A DNA stretch of 64,000 nt from Octopus sinensis. Taxonomy: Eukaryota. The notes under the pieces are model-generated. The model searched no databases and had not been told where the DNA came from. It saw only the letters and a list, made by a program, of their open reading frames with translations. The translations under genes were made by a program, and so were the position numbers. Below are positions 36,775 to 49,708 of the stretch, in pieces (within the stretch, counting starts at the first letter, position 1; each line of letters opens with the position of its first letter). Where the stretch lies: positions 7,316,001 to 7,380,000 of the forward strand of contig NC_043014.1 in assembly GCF_006345805.1 (NCBI RefSeq). The letters are read 5' to 3'.

Positions 36775-37170
36775 CAGGAGTGGCTGTGTGGTAAGTAGCT
36801 TGTTTACCAACCACATGGTTCCGGGTTCAGTCCCACTGCATGGCACCTTGGGCAAGTGTCTTCTACTATAGCCTTGGGTCGACCAAAGCCTTGTGAATGG
36901 ATTTGGTAGACGGAAACTGAAAGAAGCCCGTAGTATATATATATATATATATATATGCATGTGTGTGTCTGTGTTTGTCCCCCTAGCATTGCTTGACAAC
37001 CGATGCTGGTGTGTTTATGTCCCCGTTACTTAGCAGTTCGGCAAAAGAGACCAATAGAATAAGTACTGGTCCTACAAAAGAATAAGTCCCGGGGTCGAGT
37101 TGCTCGATTTAAAGGCGGTGCTCCAGCATGGCCGCAGTCAAATGACTGAAACAAGTAAAAGAGCAAAGAG
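36775..37170 (+). mobile_element. SINE family A
   Basis: Full-length copy ending about 75 nt from the exon 5 donor. Confidence 0.85.
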
Positions 37171-37246
37171 TATATCTGCATTCATACACACAAGACATAA
37201 ATAATAAGACACTGTATAGAAAAAACCTCAATGGAGAACACGATAC

Positions 37247-37363
37247 CTTTGCACAGCCTGTATATCAGAATTGATGCTGAGAGTGAGAGGCTGGACACCC
37301 AGTAAAACAAAAGTCTTCACTTGGAATGGCACCTCAAGGAATTTGACTGGAATTTGCCGGATG
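37247..37363 (-). CDS. TDRD12: TDRD12-like exon 5 (IRQIPVKFLEVPFQVKTFVLLGVQPLTLSINSDIQAVQ)
   Basis: ctctgtgtttacag acceptor and GTATCG donor, 117 nt, phase 2-2. Resembles [28 protein letters not shown]. Confidence 0.9.
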
Positions 37364-37924
37364 CTGTAAACACAGAGGAAAGTAATAAAACAGCTATAAT
37401 AATCAATCAATAATGAATAGTAATCAATGAAGAAATAAATAATTAAACCTCGAATGGTATGCCGTCTCCTTTTGTTCTCTATCGTCTTTGGTTTTATGTC
37501 TGTATTTCCATGCTGGCATGAGTTAGACAAAACATATTGAAGTAGATTTTTTTTTTTTTAAATCTTTTAGTCCAGAGTATAAGACAGAATCTTTGAGCTT
37601 CTACTAGGCTTCAGGGACTGATGACAGTAAGGAAGGTACACACACACATAAATATATATTTCTTTACTACCCACAAGGGGCTAAACATAGAGGGGACAAA
37701 CAAGGACAGACAAAGGGATTAAGTCGATTACATCGACCCCAGTGGGTAAGTGGTACTTAATTTATCGACCCCAAAAGGATGAAAGGCAAAGTCGACCTCG
37801 GCGGAATTTGAACTCACAACATAACGACAGACGAAATACCGCTAAGCATTTCGCCGGGCGCGCTAACGATTCTGCCAGCTCGCAGAATATATATACACAA
37901 ACACATACACATATGTGTGTATAT

Positions 37925-38138
37925 ATACTCTTTTTTATTTTTACTTGTTTCGGTCATTTGACTGTGGCCATGTTGGAGCACCGCCTTTAATCGAGCAACT
38001 CGACCCCGGGACATGTTCTTTTGTAAGCCCAGTACTTATTCTATCAGTCTCTTTTGCCGAATCGCTAAGTAACGGGGACATAAACACACCAGCATTGTTT
38101 GTCAAGTAATGCTAGGGGACAAACACAGACACAACACA

Positions 38139-38182
<44 letters not shown>

Positions 38183-38330
38183 TACGACGGGCTTCTTTCA
38201 GTTTCCGTCTACCAAATGCACTCACAAGGCTTTGGTCGGCCTGAGGCTATAGTAGATGACACTTGCCCAAGGTGCCACGCAGTGGGACTGAACCTGGAAC
38301 CATGTGGTTGGTAGACAAGCTACTTACCAC
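37925..38330 (-). mobile_element. SINE family A
   Basis: Reverse-oriented copy upstream of exon 5. Confidence 0.85.
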
Positions 38331-38933
38331 ATATATAAATTTAAAATGAGGGTGAGAAATCTGATATTAATTTAATTAACACCGATTTCACATCATTGGT
38401 CTAGCATATAAAAAAACTGAAGGTTCAGTAAAATTGTATTATATATATATATATTAGAGGAAAACCACTATGTGGACACCCATATGCTAGAAATAGATCC
38501 GCTACGGTCTCACCACTAAGAAATGTTCTCAAGAAAAATTTAGCAAAACAACCAAAACGTAATCGAGCAAGACAAAAGAAAAAGCAATAAAAATATGGAT
38601 AATTCACATACATGTTTCACTATTACCATATTACGTAATTTTACTTACATAAGATGTCCGGACATATACATATATGAGTGTGTGTATATATATATATATA
38701 AAAGCACCATCCGTTCGTGGCCGTTTGCCAGCTCTGTCTGGCACCTGTGCGGGTGGCACGTAAAAAGCACCCACTACACTCATGGAGTGGTTGGCGTTAG
38801 GAAGGGCATCCAGCCGTAGAAACACTGCCAGATCTGACTGGGCCTGATGAAGCCTTCCAGCTTCACAGATCCCAGTTGAACCGTCCAACCCATGCTAGCA
38901 TGGAGAACGGACGCTAAATGATGATGATGATGA

Positions 38934-38977
<44 letters not shown>

Positions 38978-39333
38978 TATAGTACAAAGGCTGAAACAGC
39001 TGTAAGGAGCAGTTTATTTGTATTATTTTTATTATTATATTACATATTGATTTATATTGTTTCGTTTCGTTTTGCATAATTAATAAATTATGTGAAATTG
39101 TAATATACTCTTACTCTCTTTTACTTGTTTCAGTCATTTGAGTGTGGCCATGCTGGAGCACCGCCTTTAGTCAAGCAAATCGACCTCGGGACTTATTCTT
39201 TGTAAGCCCAGTACTTATTCTATCGGTCTCTTTTGCCGAACCGCTAAGTGACGGAAATGTAAACACACCAGCATCGGTTGTCAAGCAATGCTAGGGGTAC
39301 AAACACAGACACACAAACACACACACATACACA

Positions 39334-39391
<58 letters not shown>

Positions 39392-39638
39392 ATATATATA
39401 TAATATATATACATATATACGACAGGCTTCTTTCAGTTTCCGTCTACCAAATCCACTCACAAGGCATTGGTCGGCCCGGGGCTATAGCAGAAGACGCCTG
39501 CCCAAGATGCCACGCAGTGGGACTGAACCCGGAACCATGTGGTTGGTTAGCAAGCTACTTACCACACAGCCACTCCTGCGCCTAATATCCATAAGTTAAT
39601 GAACAAAATGAATTTGTTTCTCCATTTTCTTATTTATT

Positions 39639-39677
<39 letters not shown>

Positions 39678-40147
39678 GTAGATATATATCATCATCATCA
39701 TCATCATCATCATTTAGCGTCCGTTTTCCATGCTAGCATGGGTTGGACGGTTCAACTGGGGTCTGGGGAGCCCGAAGGCTGCACCAGGCCAGTCAGATCT
39801 GGCAGTGTTTCTACAGCTGGATGCCCTTCCTAACGCCAACCACTCCGAGAGTGTAGTGGGTGATTTTATGTGCCACCGACACAGGTGCCAGACGAGGCTG
39901 GCGAACGGCCACGCTCGGATGGTGTTTTTATGTGCCACCGACACAGGTGCCAGACGAGGCTGGCAGACGGCCACGCTCGGATGGTGTTTTTATGTGCCAC
40001 CGACACAGGTGCCAGATGAGGCTGGCAGGTGCCAGACGAGGCTGGCAGACGGCCACGCTCGGATGGTGTTTTTATGTGCCACCGACACAGGTGCCAGATG
40101 AGGCTATATATATATACACATACATATATATATATATATATCTGTAC

Positions 40148-40187
<40 letters not shown>

Positions 40188-40592
40188 GTATATATATATA
40201 TACATATATGCGTGTGTGAGAGTGACAGGCAACTTTCTGTTTCTGTCAACCAAATCTACCCAGGGTTTGATCTTCCTGGGGATATAGTGGAAAAGACTTG
40301 CTTAAGGCGCCACGTAATGGGACTGAACCCAAAACCAAGTGGTCAGGAAGCATACTTCTTACCACGCACCCAGGGTGTGTTAGGCAGTTAGCTACCCACA
40401 TAACAGGTGTAGCTGGAAACGGTTTAACCCTTTGAGCCCTGACCTCCTGAACCTTATTTGACCATATACCTGGTACTTCGCTGGTGCTACGGTATAGAGA
40501 AAAATAAGCCATCCACCGGTGAACTGGGGTTACGGGCTCAGAGGGTTATGACTACAAGGGTTAGAAGTGAAAAACATAGAAGCAAGACTTAC

Positions 40593-40640
40593 TTTTGTAC
40601 CTGTATTGTCTCCAATTTGCCAGTGTCCAGCAAGAAGCAG
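40593..40640 (-). CDS. TDRD12: TDRD12-like exon 4 (CFLLDTGKLETIQVQ)
   Basis: ttctattttcag acceptor and GTAAGT donor, 48 nt, phase 2-2. Contains the Tudor CFLxDxG motif. Confidence 0.92.
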
Positions 40641-40772
40641 CTGAAAATAGAACAGGGTATATATTGGGTGAGTACTTCATATTGGTGCGGTGTTTGTACT
40701 AGTCTCTGTCATTGGACTGCAGCCATGCTGGGAAGTGCCTTCTGGAGCTGGGGTCCCAACCTTATTTTGCTT

Positions 40773-41600
40773 GTGGACCCCTCGAGAGCTCTCTTATCAT
40801 CTGTGGGACCCCTCGAGAGCTCTCTTTTCATCTGTGGGACCCCTTGAGAGATCTCTTATCTGTGGGACCCCTTGAGAGCTCTCTTATCATCTGTGGGACC
40901 CCTCGAGAGCTATCTTATCATCTGTGGGACCCCTTGAGAGGTCTCTTATCATCTGTGGGACCCCTTGAGAGCTCTCTTATCATCTGTGGGACCCCTCGAG
41001 AGCTATCTTATCTGTGGGACCCCTTGAGAGCTCTCTTATCATCTGTGGGACCCCTCGAGAGCTATCTTATCATCTGTGGGACCCCTTGAGAGCTCTCTTA
41101 TCTGTGGGACCCCTTGAGAGCTATCTTATCATCTGTGGGACCCCTTGAGAGCTCTCTTATCATCTGTGGGACCTCTCGAGAGCTATCTTATCATCTGTGG
41201 GACCCCTTGAGAGCTATCTTATCTGTGGGACCCCTTGAGAGCTATCTTATCATCTGTGGGACCCCTTGAGAGCTCTCTTATCATCTGTGGGACCCCTTGA
41301 GAGCTCTCTTATCATCTGTGGGACCCCTCGAGAGCTATCTTATCATCTGTGGGACCCCTTGAGAGCTCTCTTATCTGTGGGACCCCTTGAGAGCTATCTT
41401 ATCATCTGTGGGACCCCTTGAGAGCTCTCTTATCATCTGTGGGACCCCTCGAGAGCTATCTTATCATCTGTGGGACCCCTTGAGAGCTATCTTATCTGTG
41501 GGACCCCTTGAGAGCTATCTTATCATCTGTGGGACCCCTTGAGAGCTCTCTTATCATCTGTGGGACCCCTTGAGAGCTCTCTTATCATCTGTGGGACCCC
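40773..41600. repeat. 28/31-bp minisatellite, ~27 units (tcatctgtgggacccct(t/c)gagagct(c/a)tctta)
   Basis: Contiguous units without unique spacers. Confidence 0.95.
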
Positions 41601-42704
41601 GTATATGCACATGTAAATTTTTGAAATAAAATATTTAACAATGAAACCGTTTCGTTATATTCATAACCTAAATTCCAAATACAAATCTTGAAAATTCGAA
41701 TAAATACAGGTACCTCCCCTAGTAAACAAAATTTATATATGGACCCACAAATAACAATTTTTTACTCTTGAGATGAATGGGAGTAGAGAATAAGAGAATG
41801 AGCTTGTGTGTGTCTTTGTCCCCTACTACCACTATCTATCTATCTAAATCTATCTCTATCATCATCATCATCGTTTAACGTCCGTTTTCCGTGCTAGCAC
41901 GAGCTGGACGGTTCAACCGGGGATCTGGGAAGCCAGGAGGCTGCACCAGACTCCAGTCTGATCTGGCAGTGTTTCTATGGCTTGATGCCCTTCCAAACGC
42001 CAACCACTCTGCGAGTGTAGTGGATGCTTTTTATGTGCCACCGGCACAGAAGCTAGTCAAGGCGACGCTGGCATCAGCCACGTTCAGATGGTGCTTTTTA
42101 CGTGCCGCCGGCACAGGTATCACAACTATAATTTCCATTTGATATTTATTTTGATGTTGATGTACTTGACTCAATAGGTCTCCTCAAGCACAGCAGGTCA
42201 CCCTACGATCCAAGGTAAGCACAGCAGGCCGTTCTATCTATCTATCAATCTGCATATCCCTCTATCTCTATATTGATCTGTCAGTCAAGACAATGAGCAT
42301 TCCAGTTGATTCCATCAACCAAACAGCCTGCAAGTGGCTGAGTTCTCCACAGACATGTGTACCCTTAACGTAATTCTCATGATGATTCAGCATGATTTAG
42401 AGTTTGACAAGGCTGGCCCTTTGAATAACAGGTGCAACTCATTTTCGCCAGGTGAGTGGAATGCTGCAACATGAAAAAAAAAAGGGTCCTGCACAGGGAC
42501 ACAACACCCAGCCGGGAATTGAACTCACGGCCTTACGATTGTAATCCAAAGATATTAACCAATAAGCCACATGCCTCTACAATAAGAGAAATGAGAGATG
42601 AAATAAAGTCGTTGAGAAAAAGAGAAAAAAACAAGGAAGAGAAAGAAGAAAACAGAATGGATGAAACTTGAAGGATGTAAGTGAAGTGCACAAGGGTTTC
42701 TTAC

Positions 42705-42793
42705 CTAACTTTTGTTCCACGAAGAGAAGAAAGTATTTGTTTGATCCGCACACGATGCCATCTGCCATGCTTTGCAATGAGGGCAGCACAGAT
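42705..42793 (-). CDS. TDRD12: TDRD12-like exon 3, Tudor core (ICAALIAKHGRWHRVRIKQILSSLRGTKV)
   Basis: cccctttcttctag acceptor and GTAAGA donor, 89 nt, phase 0-2. Contains a Tudor CAA...W-R-R-I motif. Confidence 0.92.
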
Positions 42794-43087
42794 CTAGAAG
42801 AAAGGGGCCAAGACAAGGACAGAGATGAAACAAGAAATGGTATTACAACGGAATGGCAATATTTACTGCTCATAAGGCAGCAAGCTGGCAGAGATGTTAA
42901 CACAATGGGTAAAAGCTTGGTGACACTTGGTGTCCGTTTTAAATCAAGCCCCACCACTGGACTTATTCTTTGTAAGCCTAATACTTGTTCTATCAGTCTG
43001 TTTTGCTGAACCGCTAGGTAATGAGGGCATAAATGCACCAGCACCAGTTGTCAAAGAATATTGGGCAGACAAATAGACACACATATA

Positions 43088-43752
43088 TCATCATCATCGT
43101 TTAGCGTCCGCTTTCCATGCTAGCATGGGTTGGACGGTTCAACTGGGGTCTGGGAAGCCAGAAGGCTGCACCAGGCCCAGTCTGATCTGGCAATGTTTCT
43201 ACGGCTCGATGCCCTTCCTAATGCCAACCACACCGTGAGTGTAGTGGGTGCTTTTTAGGTGCCAGACGAGGCTGGCAAACAGCCACGATCGGATGGTGCT
43301 TTCTACGTGCCACCGGTACAGAGGCCAGTTGGAGCGGCGCTGGCAACGGCCACGTTCGGATGGTTCTCTTACATGCCACCGTCACTTGTATCACAGCTAC
43401 AATTTCCATTGATGTTGATCGATTTCGATTCTGATTCTCACTTGATCAACAGGTCTTCACAAGTAGAGTTTTGTGTCCCAAGAAGGAAAGGTATGCATAC
43501 GTGGATTGGCTAAATCCCAGGTAGAGGCCACGGGTTATGGTCTCACTTGTCCTGCCGGGTCTTTTCACGCACAACATACTTCCAAAGGTCTCGGTCTCTA
43601 GTCATTTCCTCGGTGAGACCTAAAGTTCGAGGGTCATGCTTCACCACTTCATCCCAGGTCTTCCTGGGTCTACCTCTTCCACAGGTTCCCTCAACAGCTA
43701 GGGTGTGGCACTTTTTCACACAACTATCTTCAGCCATTCTCGTCACATGACC
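43088..43752 (-). mobile_element. RTE-clade LINE 3' end: RT-ORF C-terminus joined to its long 3' UTR and (GAT)n tail
   Basis: YGHVTRMAEDSCVKKC...GRGRPRKTWDEVVKHD...DRDLWK is contiguous with the family C UTR. Confidence 0.88.
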
Positions 43753-43767
43753 ATATATATATATAGA

Positions 43768-43823
<56 letters not shown>

Positions 43824-44246
43824 TCATCGTTTAACACTCGCTTTCCATGCTAGCATGGGTTGGATGATTTGACTGAGGACTGGTGAACCAGATGGCTACA
43901 TGAGGCTCCAGTCTGATCTGGCAGAGTTTCAACAGCTGGATGCCCTTCTTAACACCAACCACTCCGAGAGTGTAGTGGGTGCTTTCACATGCCACCGGCA
44001 CAAGGACCAGCCAGGCAGTACTGGCAATGGTGACGCTCAAATGATGTTTTTTATGTGCCACCGGCACAGAAGCCAGTCAGCTGTTTTGGCAACAACCACC
44101 CTCAGATGGTGCTCTTAGTGCTCCACTGGCACGGGTGCCAGTCATCGAATTTGATTCAATTTCAATTTTGATTTCACTTGCTCAACAGGCCTTCACAAGA
44201 AGAGTTTAGTGTCCAATGAAAGAAAGGTACGCATAAGTGGGCTGGT

Positions 44247-44287
<41 letters not shown>

Positions 44288-46567
44288 GGCTTCTTTCAGT
44301 TCAAACTCTGCCAGGGTTTTTATAATAACAATAGCATCGAAAAATACCTTTGGAATGAGAACCCAGGTTCGAAATTTACCCAAGACATTTTCTCCTCCCC
44401 TTCATCTAAAAATACATTGTGATATTTTGATTTCTCCATCTTTCCCTTCCTCTAATAGATGTGACAGACAGACAGATGGAGATCTGCTTCTCTTTTACAG
44501 TGATATATATATACATATATATATATGTATATATATTCACATAAGTTTCCATGTACCAAATTCCACCCACAAGGCAACTCCATATAGAGATGCCGAACTC
44601 TCAAAGTGGGTGATCCAGGAAGACATGGGATGAAGTACTGAAGAACAACATCAGGATGCTGAACTTTACAGGCAAGATGGCTAAGGACCAAGATGCCTGG
44701 TGCTCTGCCATACTCAAGAAGGTCCGTACCCTGCTGCAGAAGTGCTAAGACCGATCTTTCTGGTGGTGTAAGGCATGGAAGGTGGAATCACGTATAAGTG
44801 CTCATCCTGTGCCACATAAAAGCATCCAGTGCACTCTGTGAAGTGGTTGGCATTAGGAAGGGCATCCAGCCATAGAAACCATGTGAAATCAGACTGGAGT
44901 CTGGTGCAGCTCCCCAGCTTAGGTCAAACCGTCCAACCCATGCCAGAACGGACAACAGATATTAAACGATGATGGAGGTAGGCACATAAAAAGCACCATC
45001 CGAACGTGGCCGTTGCCAGCGCCGGCTCGACTGGCTTCTGTGCCGGTGGCACGTAAAAAGCACCCACTACACTCACGGAGTGGTTGGCGTTAGGAAGGGC
45101 ATCCAGCCGTAGAAACACTGCCAGATCAGACTGGAGCCTGGTGCAGCCTCCTGGCTTCCCAGACCCCAGTCAAACCGTCCAACCCGTGCTAGCGCGGAAA
45201 ACGGACATTAAACGATGATGATGATGATGATGAAAACTGCCCAAGCTACAACACGGTAGGACTGAACCCAGAACCATGGGCTTGTGAAACAAATTTCTCA
45301 CTCCCCTGTAGTCCATTGATGTAAAACATACTTCTCAGCCACACAGTTCTCGGTTCAGTCCCACTGTGTGGCGCCTTGAAAAAGAGTCTTCTACTATAGC
45401 CTCAGGCAGACCAAAGTCTTGTCAGTGGATTTGGTAGATGGAAACTGAAAGAAGCCTACTCTATATATGTGTGTCTTTATCCACCACTGCCACTATGTAT
45501 ATCTCTCTCTCTATAGCTCACTCTATCTAGCTCTCTTTCCCTGTATCGCTGGTTGCTAAGACTTATTGAGGCAAGTGAAATCGAAATCAAATTCGATGAC
45601 CGGCATCCGTGCTAGTGGAGCGCTAAGAGAGCCATACGAGTGAGATCGGGGCCAGAGCAACAAGATGGCCTCCAAGCCGATTAACAACACCATTTGAGCG
45701 TGATCGTTATCTGCGTCGCCTTACTAGCACTTGTGCTGGTGGCACGTGAAAAAACATTCAAGCGAGGTTGTTGCCAGTGCCGCTGGTTTGGATCCTGTGC
45801 AGGTGGCACATAAAAAGCACCATTTGAGCATGGCCGTTGCCAGTACCACCAAACTGGCCCTCGTGCCGGTGGCACGTAAAAAGCACCCACTACACTCTCG
45901 GAGTGGTTGGCGTTAAGAAGGGCATCCAGTGTAGAAACTCTGTAGATCAGATTGGAGTCTGATGCAGCCATCTGGTTCGCCAGTCCTCAGTCAAACCATC
46001 CAACCCATGCTAGCATGGAAAGCGGACGTCACGTAAAAAGCACCATCCAAGCGTGGCCGATGCCAGCGCTGCCTTGACTGGCTTCCATGCCGGTGGCACG
46101 TTAAAAGCACCAACCGATCGTGGCCACTGCCAGACTCCCCTGGCACCTGTGCCAGTGGCACGTAAAAAGCACCCACTACACTCTCAGAGTTGTTGGTGTT
46201 AGGAAGGTGCATCCAGCTGTAGAAACTCTGCCAGATCAGATTGGAGCCCGGTGCAGCCATCTGGTTCGCCAGTCCTCAGTCAAATCGTCCAACCCATGCT
46301 AGCATGGAAAGCAGACGTTAAACGACGATGAGGACATCTTCCTATCTATCTCTGTATTTATCTATCAATCTCTATATCCATCTGTTGGTGCAGTGATGCC
46401 CCCATAACTTACCAGTGGGGCAAAAATGACCGACAGGTAAGTACTAGGTTTTAAAAAAGAAAAAAAAATAAGTTTGACTAAAATTCTCCAAGTAGGTGCT
46501 CCAGCGTGGCTAAGGTCTTATGAATGAAACAAGTAAAACGTAAAAGGTAAAATAAAAAAAGACTCAC

Positions 46568-46720
46568 CTCGTTGTTCTTTGGATAATGAACATCAAAGAC
46601 CAAGTACTGGTCACTGAAATAGTCATTCATCTCTTCAGACATTTCTTTGAAAGTTTCGAGATTCTGTGAAGGAGAGGCACTCGGTACTTCTCGGACCAAT
46701 ATACAATCCGGAGACTTTAC
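46568..46720 (-). CDS. TDRD12: TDRD12-like exon 2, start of extended Tudor domain (VKSPDCILV...EMSEEMNDYFS...PKNNE)
   Basis: CAG acceptor and GTGAGT donor, 153 nt, phase 0-0. Resembles TDRD12 DPGCFWV...LNSAMNDFY. Confidence 0.9.
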
Positions 46721-46816
46721 CTGCAGCAATAAGAACAGAGTGTGTTGGAGAGTGAATAATCAGTTTGATGGCTGTAAAACACCAACTTCTTTGGAGTAAA
46801 GATTGTTTGCCGACAT

Positions 46817-47585
46817 GTTAGTTAGTTAATTTTTTGGCTCAAAAAGCAAAAAGCAAGGCCATGTATGGGGGACATGGAGTTATGTACAGGATGGTGTTCA
46901 TGTAAAGAGTTCAGGCCACTTGAGGTCAAGGGAGACTTTGAACAAAGCGGTCGTCGGCATCTTCACCATCTCGTCTGGCAGCTTGTTCCACGGATCCGCA
47001 ACCCGGACGGAGAAAGCCCCTCTCCTTCGATTGAGATGAAATCGTCGTAGATAGAGCTTTTCGGAGTGACTCCGCAGCCGACGCTCTGGAGCAGGAGTGA
47101 AGAACAGCTCTTTCGAGAGGTTACACTTTCCGCTTATGATGTTGTGAGCGAGAATGAGATCACCACGGTGGCAGTGTTTTTCTAGGGAATAAAGGTCGAG
47201 CGTCTTCAGCCTTTCTTCATAAGACAAATTTTTGAGACCATGAACCATGCGGGTAGCCAGCTTCTGGACTCTTTCGAGATGCTGTATGTCTTTGAGGAGA
47301 TAAGGAGAAGAGGCTTGAATCCCGTACTCCAACATGGGCCTCACCAGCGTGATATAGAGCAGTAGTAATATGGCTGCTGTGAGCATTCCGAATGACCGTT
47401 GAATCAAGAACATAATTCCACGTGCTTTGTTGGCAGCATGGACGCACTGGGCCGAAGGCGAAAAGGAGAAATCCACCAAGATACCCAGGTCCTTTACCTG
47501 ATCGGTCCTCTCCAGCAGCAGACGACCTGGCTCGAAATCAAGTTGAGTTGCAGGAGGAGAGCCAACAGGCAGATGACAGCACTTT
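46817..47585 (-). mobile_element. CR1/L2-like LINE 3' fragment with a 5-bp GACAT TSD; same family at ~10573-11035 and ~17392-17735
   Basis: LVRPMLEYG...LERVQKLATRM...FSVRVADPWNKLP; (TAAC)n tail; gacat at 46812-46816 and 47586-47590. Confidence 0.9.
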
Positions 47586-47732
47586 GACATAACATGGCAG
47601 TCCTGGTTTAGGACGAATGTTGCTGTGATTTAGCCCCAGGAGACATCGTCTCCAGCTGGCTATACAACACGATCTGTGTCCTTATGTTTTCGAACAAGGG
47701 AACCTAGCAACCCCACTCAGCTCAAAACAATA

Positions 47733-47777
47733 TCTGTGCATCGCGATTTCCGGGTTATTTCCCTTCATCAGCACAGA
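47733..47777 (-). ncRNA. Minimal hammerhead-ribozyme-like motif (Penelope-type), probably inactive
   Basis: TCTGTG-CTGATGA-A-GGG aaataa CCC-G-GAAA-TCGCGA-T-G-CACAGA. Confidence 0.6.
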
Positions 47778-49104
47778 ATGACTGTTCAGTTAGATGAAGG
47801 GAAATAACCCGGAAATCTCAATACATAGATATTGTTTTGAGCTGAATGGGGGTACTAGATTCCCTTGTCCGAAAATATAAGGAAACAGATTGTGTCGTAT
47901 AGCCACCCGAAGATGATGTCTCCTGGGGCTAAATTACAGCAACATTCGTCCTAAACCAGGACTGCCATGTTATGTCAGCAAACAATCTTTACTACAAAGT
48001 ACTGTTGCTGAATATCTCTCGTTGTGAGATTTTAAAATAGTAATTTTCTAACCTTTTTTTTTGGGGGGGGGACTACTAATGACACTTTTATTTAACCCTT
48101 CCAGTGTTCAGATGTGTGTGTGGTGTGTGTGAGTGTATGTATATGTATGTATATATTTCTTTACTACCCACAAGGGGCTAAACATAGAGGGGACAAACAA
48201 GGACAAAGGGATGAAGTCGATTACATCGACCCCAGTGCGAAACTGGTACTTTATTTATCGTTGTAAGGCGGCGAGCTGGCAGAAACGTTAGCACGCCGGG
48301 CGAAATGCGTAGCCATATTTCGTCTGCCGTTATGTTCTGAGTTCAAATTCCGCCATGGTTGAGTTTGCCTTTCATCCTTTCGGGGTCGATTAAATAAGTA
48401 CCAGTTACATACTGAGGTCGATATAATTGACTTAATCCATTTGTCTGTCCTTGTTTGTCCTCTCTGTGTTTAGCCCTTTGTGAGTAGTAAAGAAATAGGT
48501 ATTTCGTCTGCCATTACATTCTGAGTTCAAATTCCGCCAAGGTCGACTTTCCCTTTCATCCTTTCGGGGTCGATAAATTAAGTACCAGTTATGCACTGGG
48601 GTCGATGTAATTGACTTAATACCTATGTCTGTTCTTGTTTGTCCCCTCTGTGTTTAGCCCCTTGTGGGTAGTAAAGAAATAGGTACTTTATTTATCGACC
48701 CCGAAAGGATGAAAGGCAACGTTGACCATGGCGGAATTTGAACTCAGAACGTAACGACAGACGAAATACAGCCAAGCATTTCACGCGGCGTGCTAACGTT
48801 TCTGCCAGCTCATCGCCATATGTATATATGTATATGCTTCTGAGTATTTGTCCTCTACACTCAGTCTCACAAAAACAAGCTGACAATAAATACCAAACTA
48901 AAAAAAAAAAAGCATTGGCAGGGGTCAATTCATTTGACCAAACTATTCAAGGTGGTACCCAAGCATGTCCACAGTCCAATGACTGAAAGAAATCTCTCTA
49001 TATATAAAGCTGAAGTTAGCTGATCTATTTATTAATTGATTACAATCATACGTGTAAGTGATCCAAATAAAAAAATGAAGTAAGCAAATGAATAAGTAAA
49101 TAAA

Positions 49105-49495
49105 TCTATATATATAAAGCTGAAGTTGTCTGTCTGTGTATGGCAGGTTTGGTAGCTTTCAAACTAACACTATCTCCTCCGAGACCCTGCGACGCAAGTT
49201 GACCAAAATTGAGAGTATGATAGAAGAAGGCTTGCTCTTCCTTCGTAGAAGAAAAAATTCAAATCGGACCATGTTAACAAAAATTTTTTTTTAAAAAGGG
49301 GGGGGGGGGGGCTATGAAAATCCCTATTTTTTACGATTTTTTGACTGCTGTGTCGCTATTTTTCGGTGTATTTCAACCAGAAAAATGTTCACTTAAAGAG
49401 AATAACAAGCTACATAATGCAAAATTCTTACTTTTCAAAAATTCCAATTCTAAAGGGTCGAAACAAACCCAAGCAACGCCGGGCGATACTGCTAG
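49105..49495 (+). mobile_element. Non-autonomous Helitron, third internal type, ending 16 nt from the exon 1 donor; orphan 5' end at ~48993-49020
   Basis: Canonical termini. Confidence 0.8.
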
Positions 49496-49511
49496 TAAAA
49501 AAGATACTCAC

Positions 49512-49544
49512 ATCAACAACTGCTAAGTCCATAACTTTCTGCAT
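49512..49544 (-). CDS. TDRD12: TDRD12-like coding exon 1 (MQKVMDLAVVD); the whole exon is 49512-49577 including 5' UTR
   Basis: Acceptor T17-GCAG and donor GTGAGT. There is an in-frame upstream TAA. The exon ends in phase 0 and joins VKSPDC, mirroring human TDRD12 MLQLLVLK|IEDPGC as recalled. The start may instead be the ATG at 49532. Confidence 0.75.
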
Positions 49545-49708
49545 ATTTCTTGATTTTGATATTGCTTAAGAATTGTTCTGCAAAAAAAAAAAAAAAAAGT
49601 CAATAAGATTAATAAACAACTCTCATGTCTTTCTACACAAGACATGATTGTTCTCTCTCTCTCTTTGAGTTGACTATGTTGTCAGAGCTCAACAATAATT
49701 CAATTACA

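Larger units (their letters stand above)
46789..47999. mobile_element. Foldback element with ~220-bp arms, left arm interrupted by a LINE; hammerhead-like motif at the centre
   Basis: 47591-47776 is reverse-complementary to ~47782-47972; 46789-46816 pairs with ~47972-47999. Confidence 0.8.

Noticed and set aside
40773-41600. CRISPR-like array with palindromic 31-bp units
   Set aside because: No unique spacers, eukaryotic context, no cas genes; it is a minisatellite.
44348-44405. AG/GT-bounded exon-like segment between exons 2 and 3
   Set aside because: 58 nt with a TAA in phase 0; exons 2 and 3 already join in frame as in the homologue. At most a poison exon.
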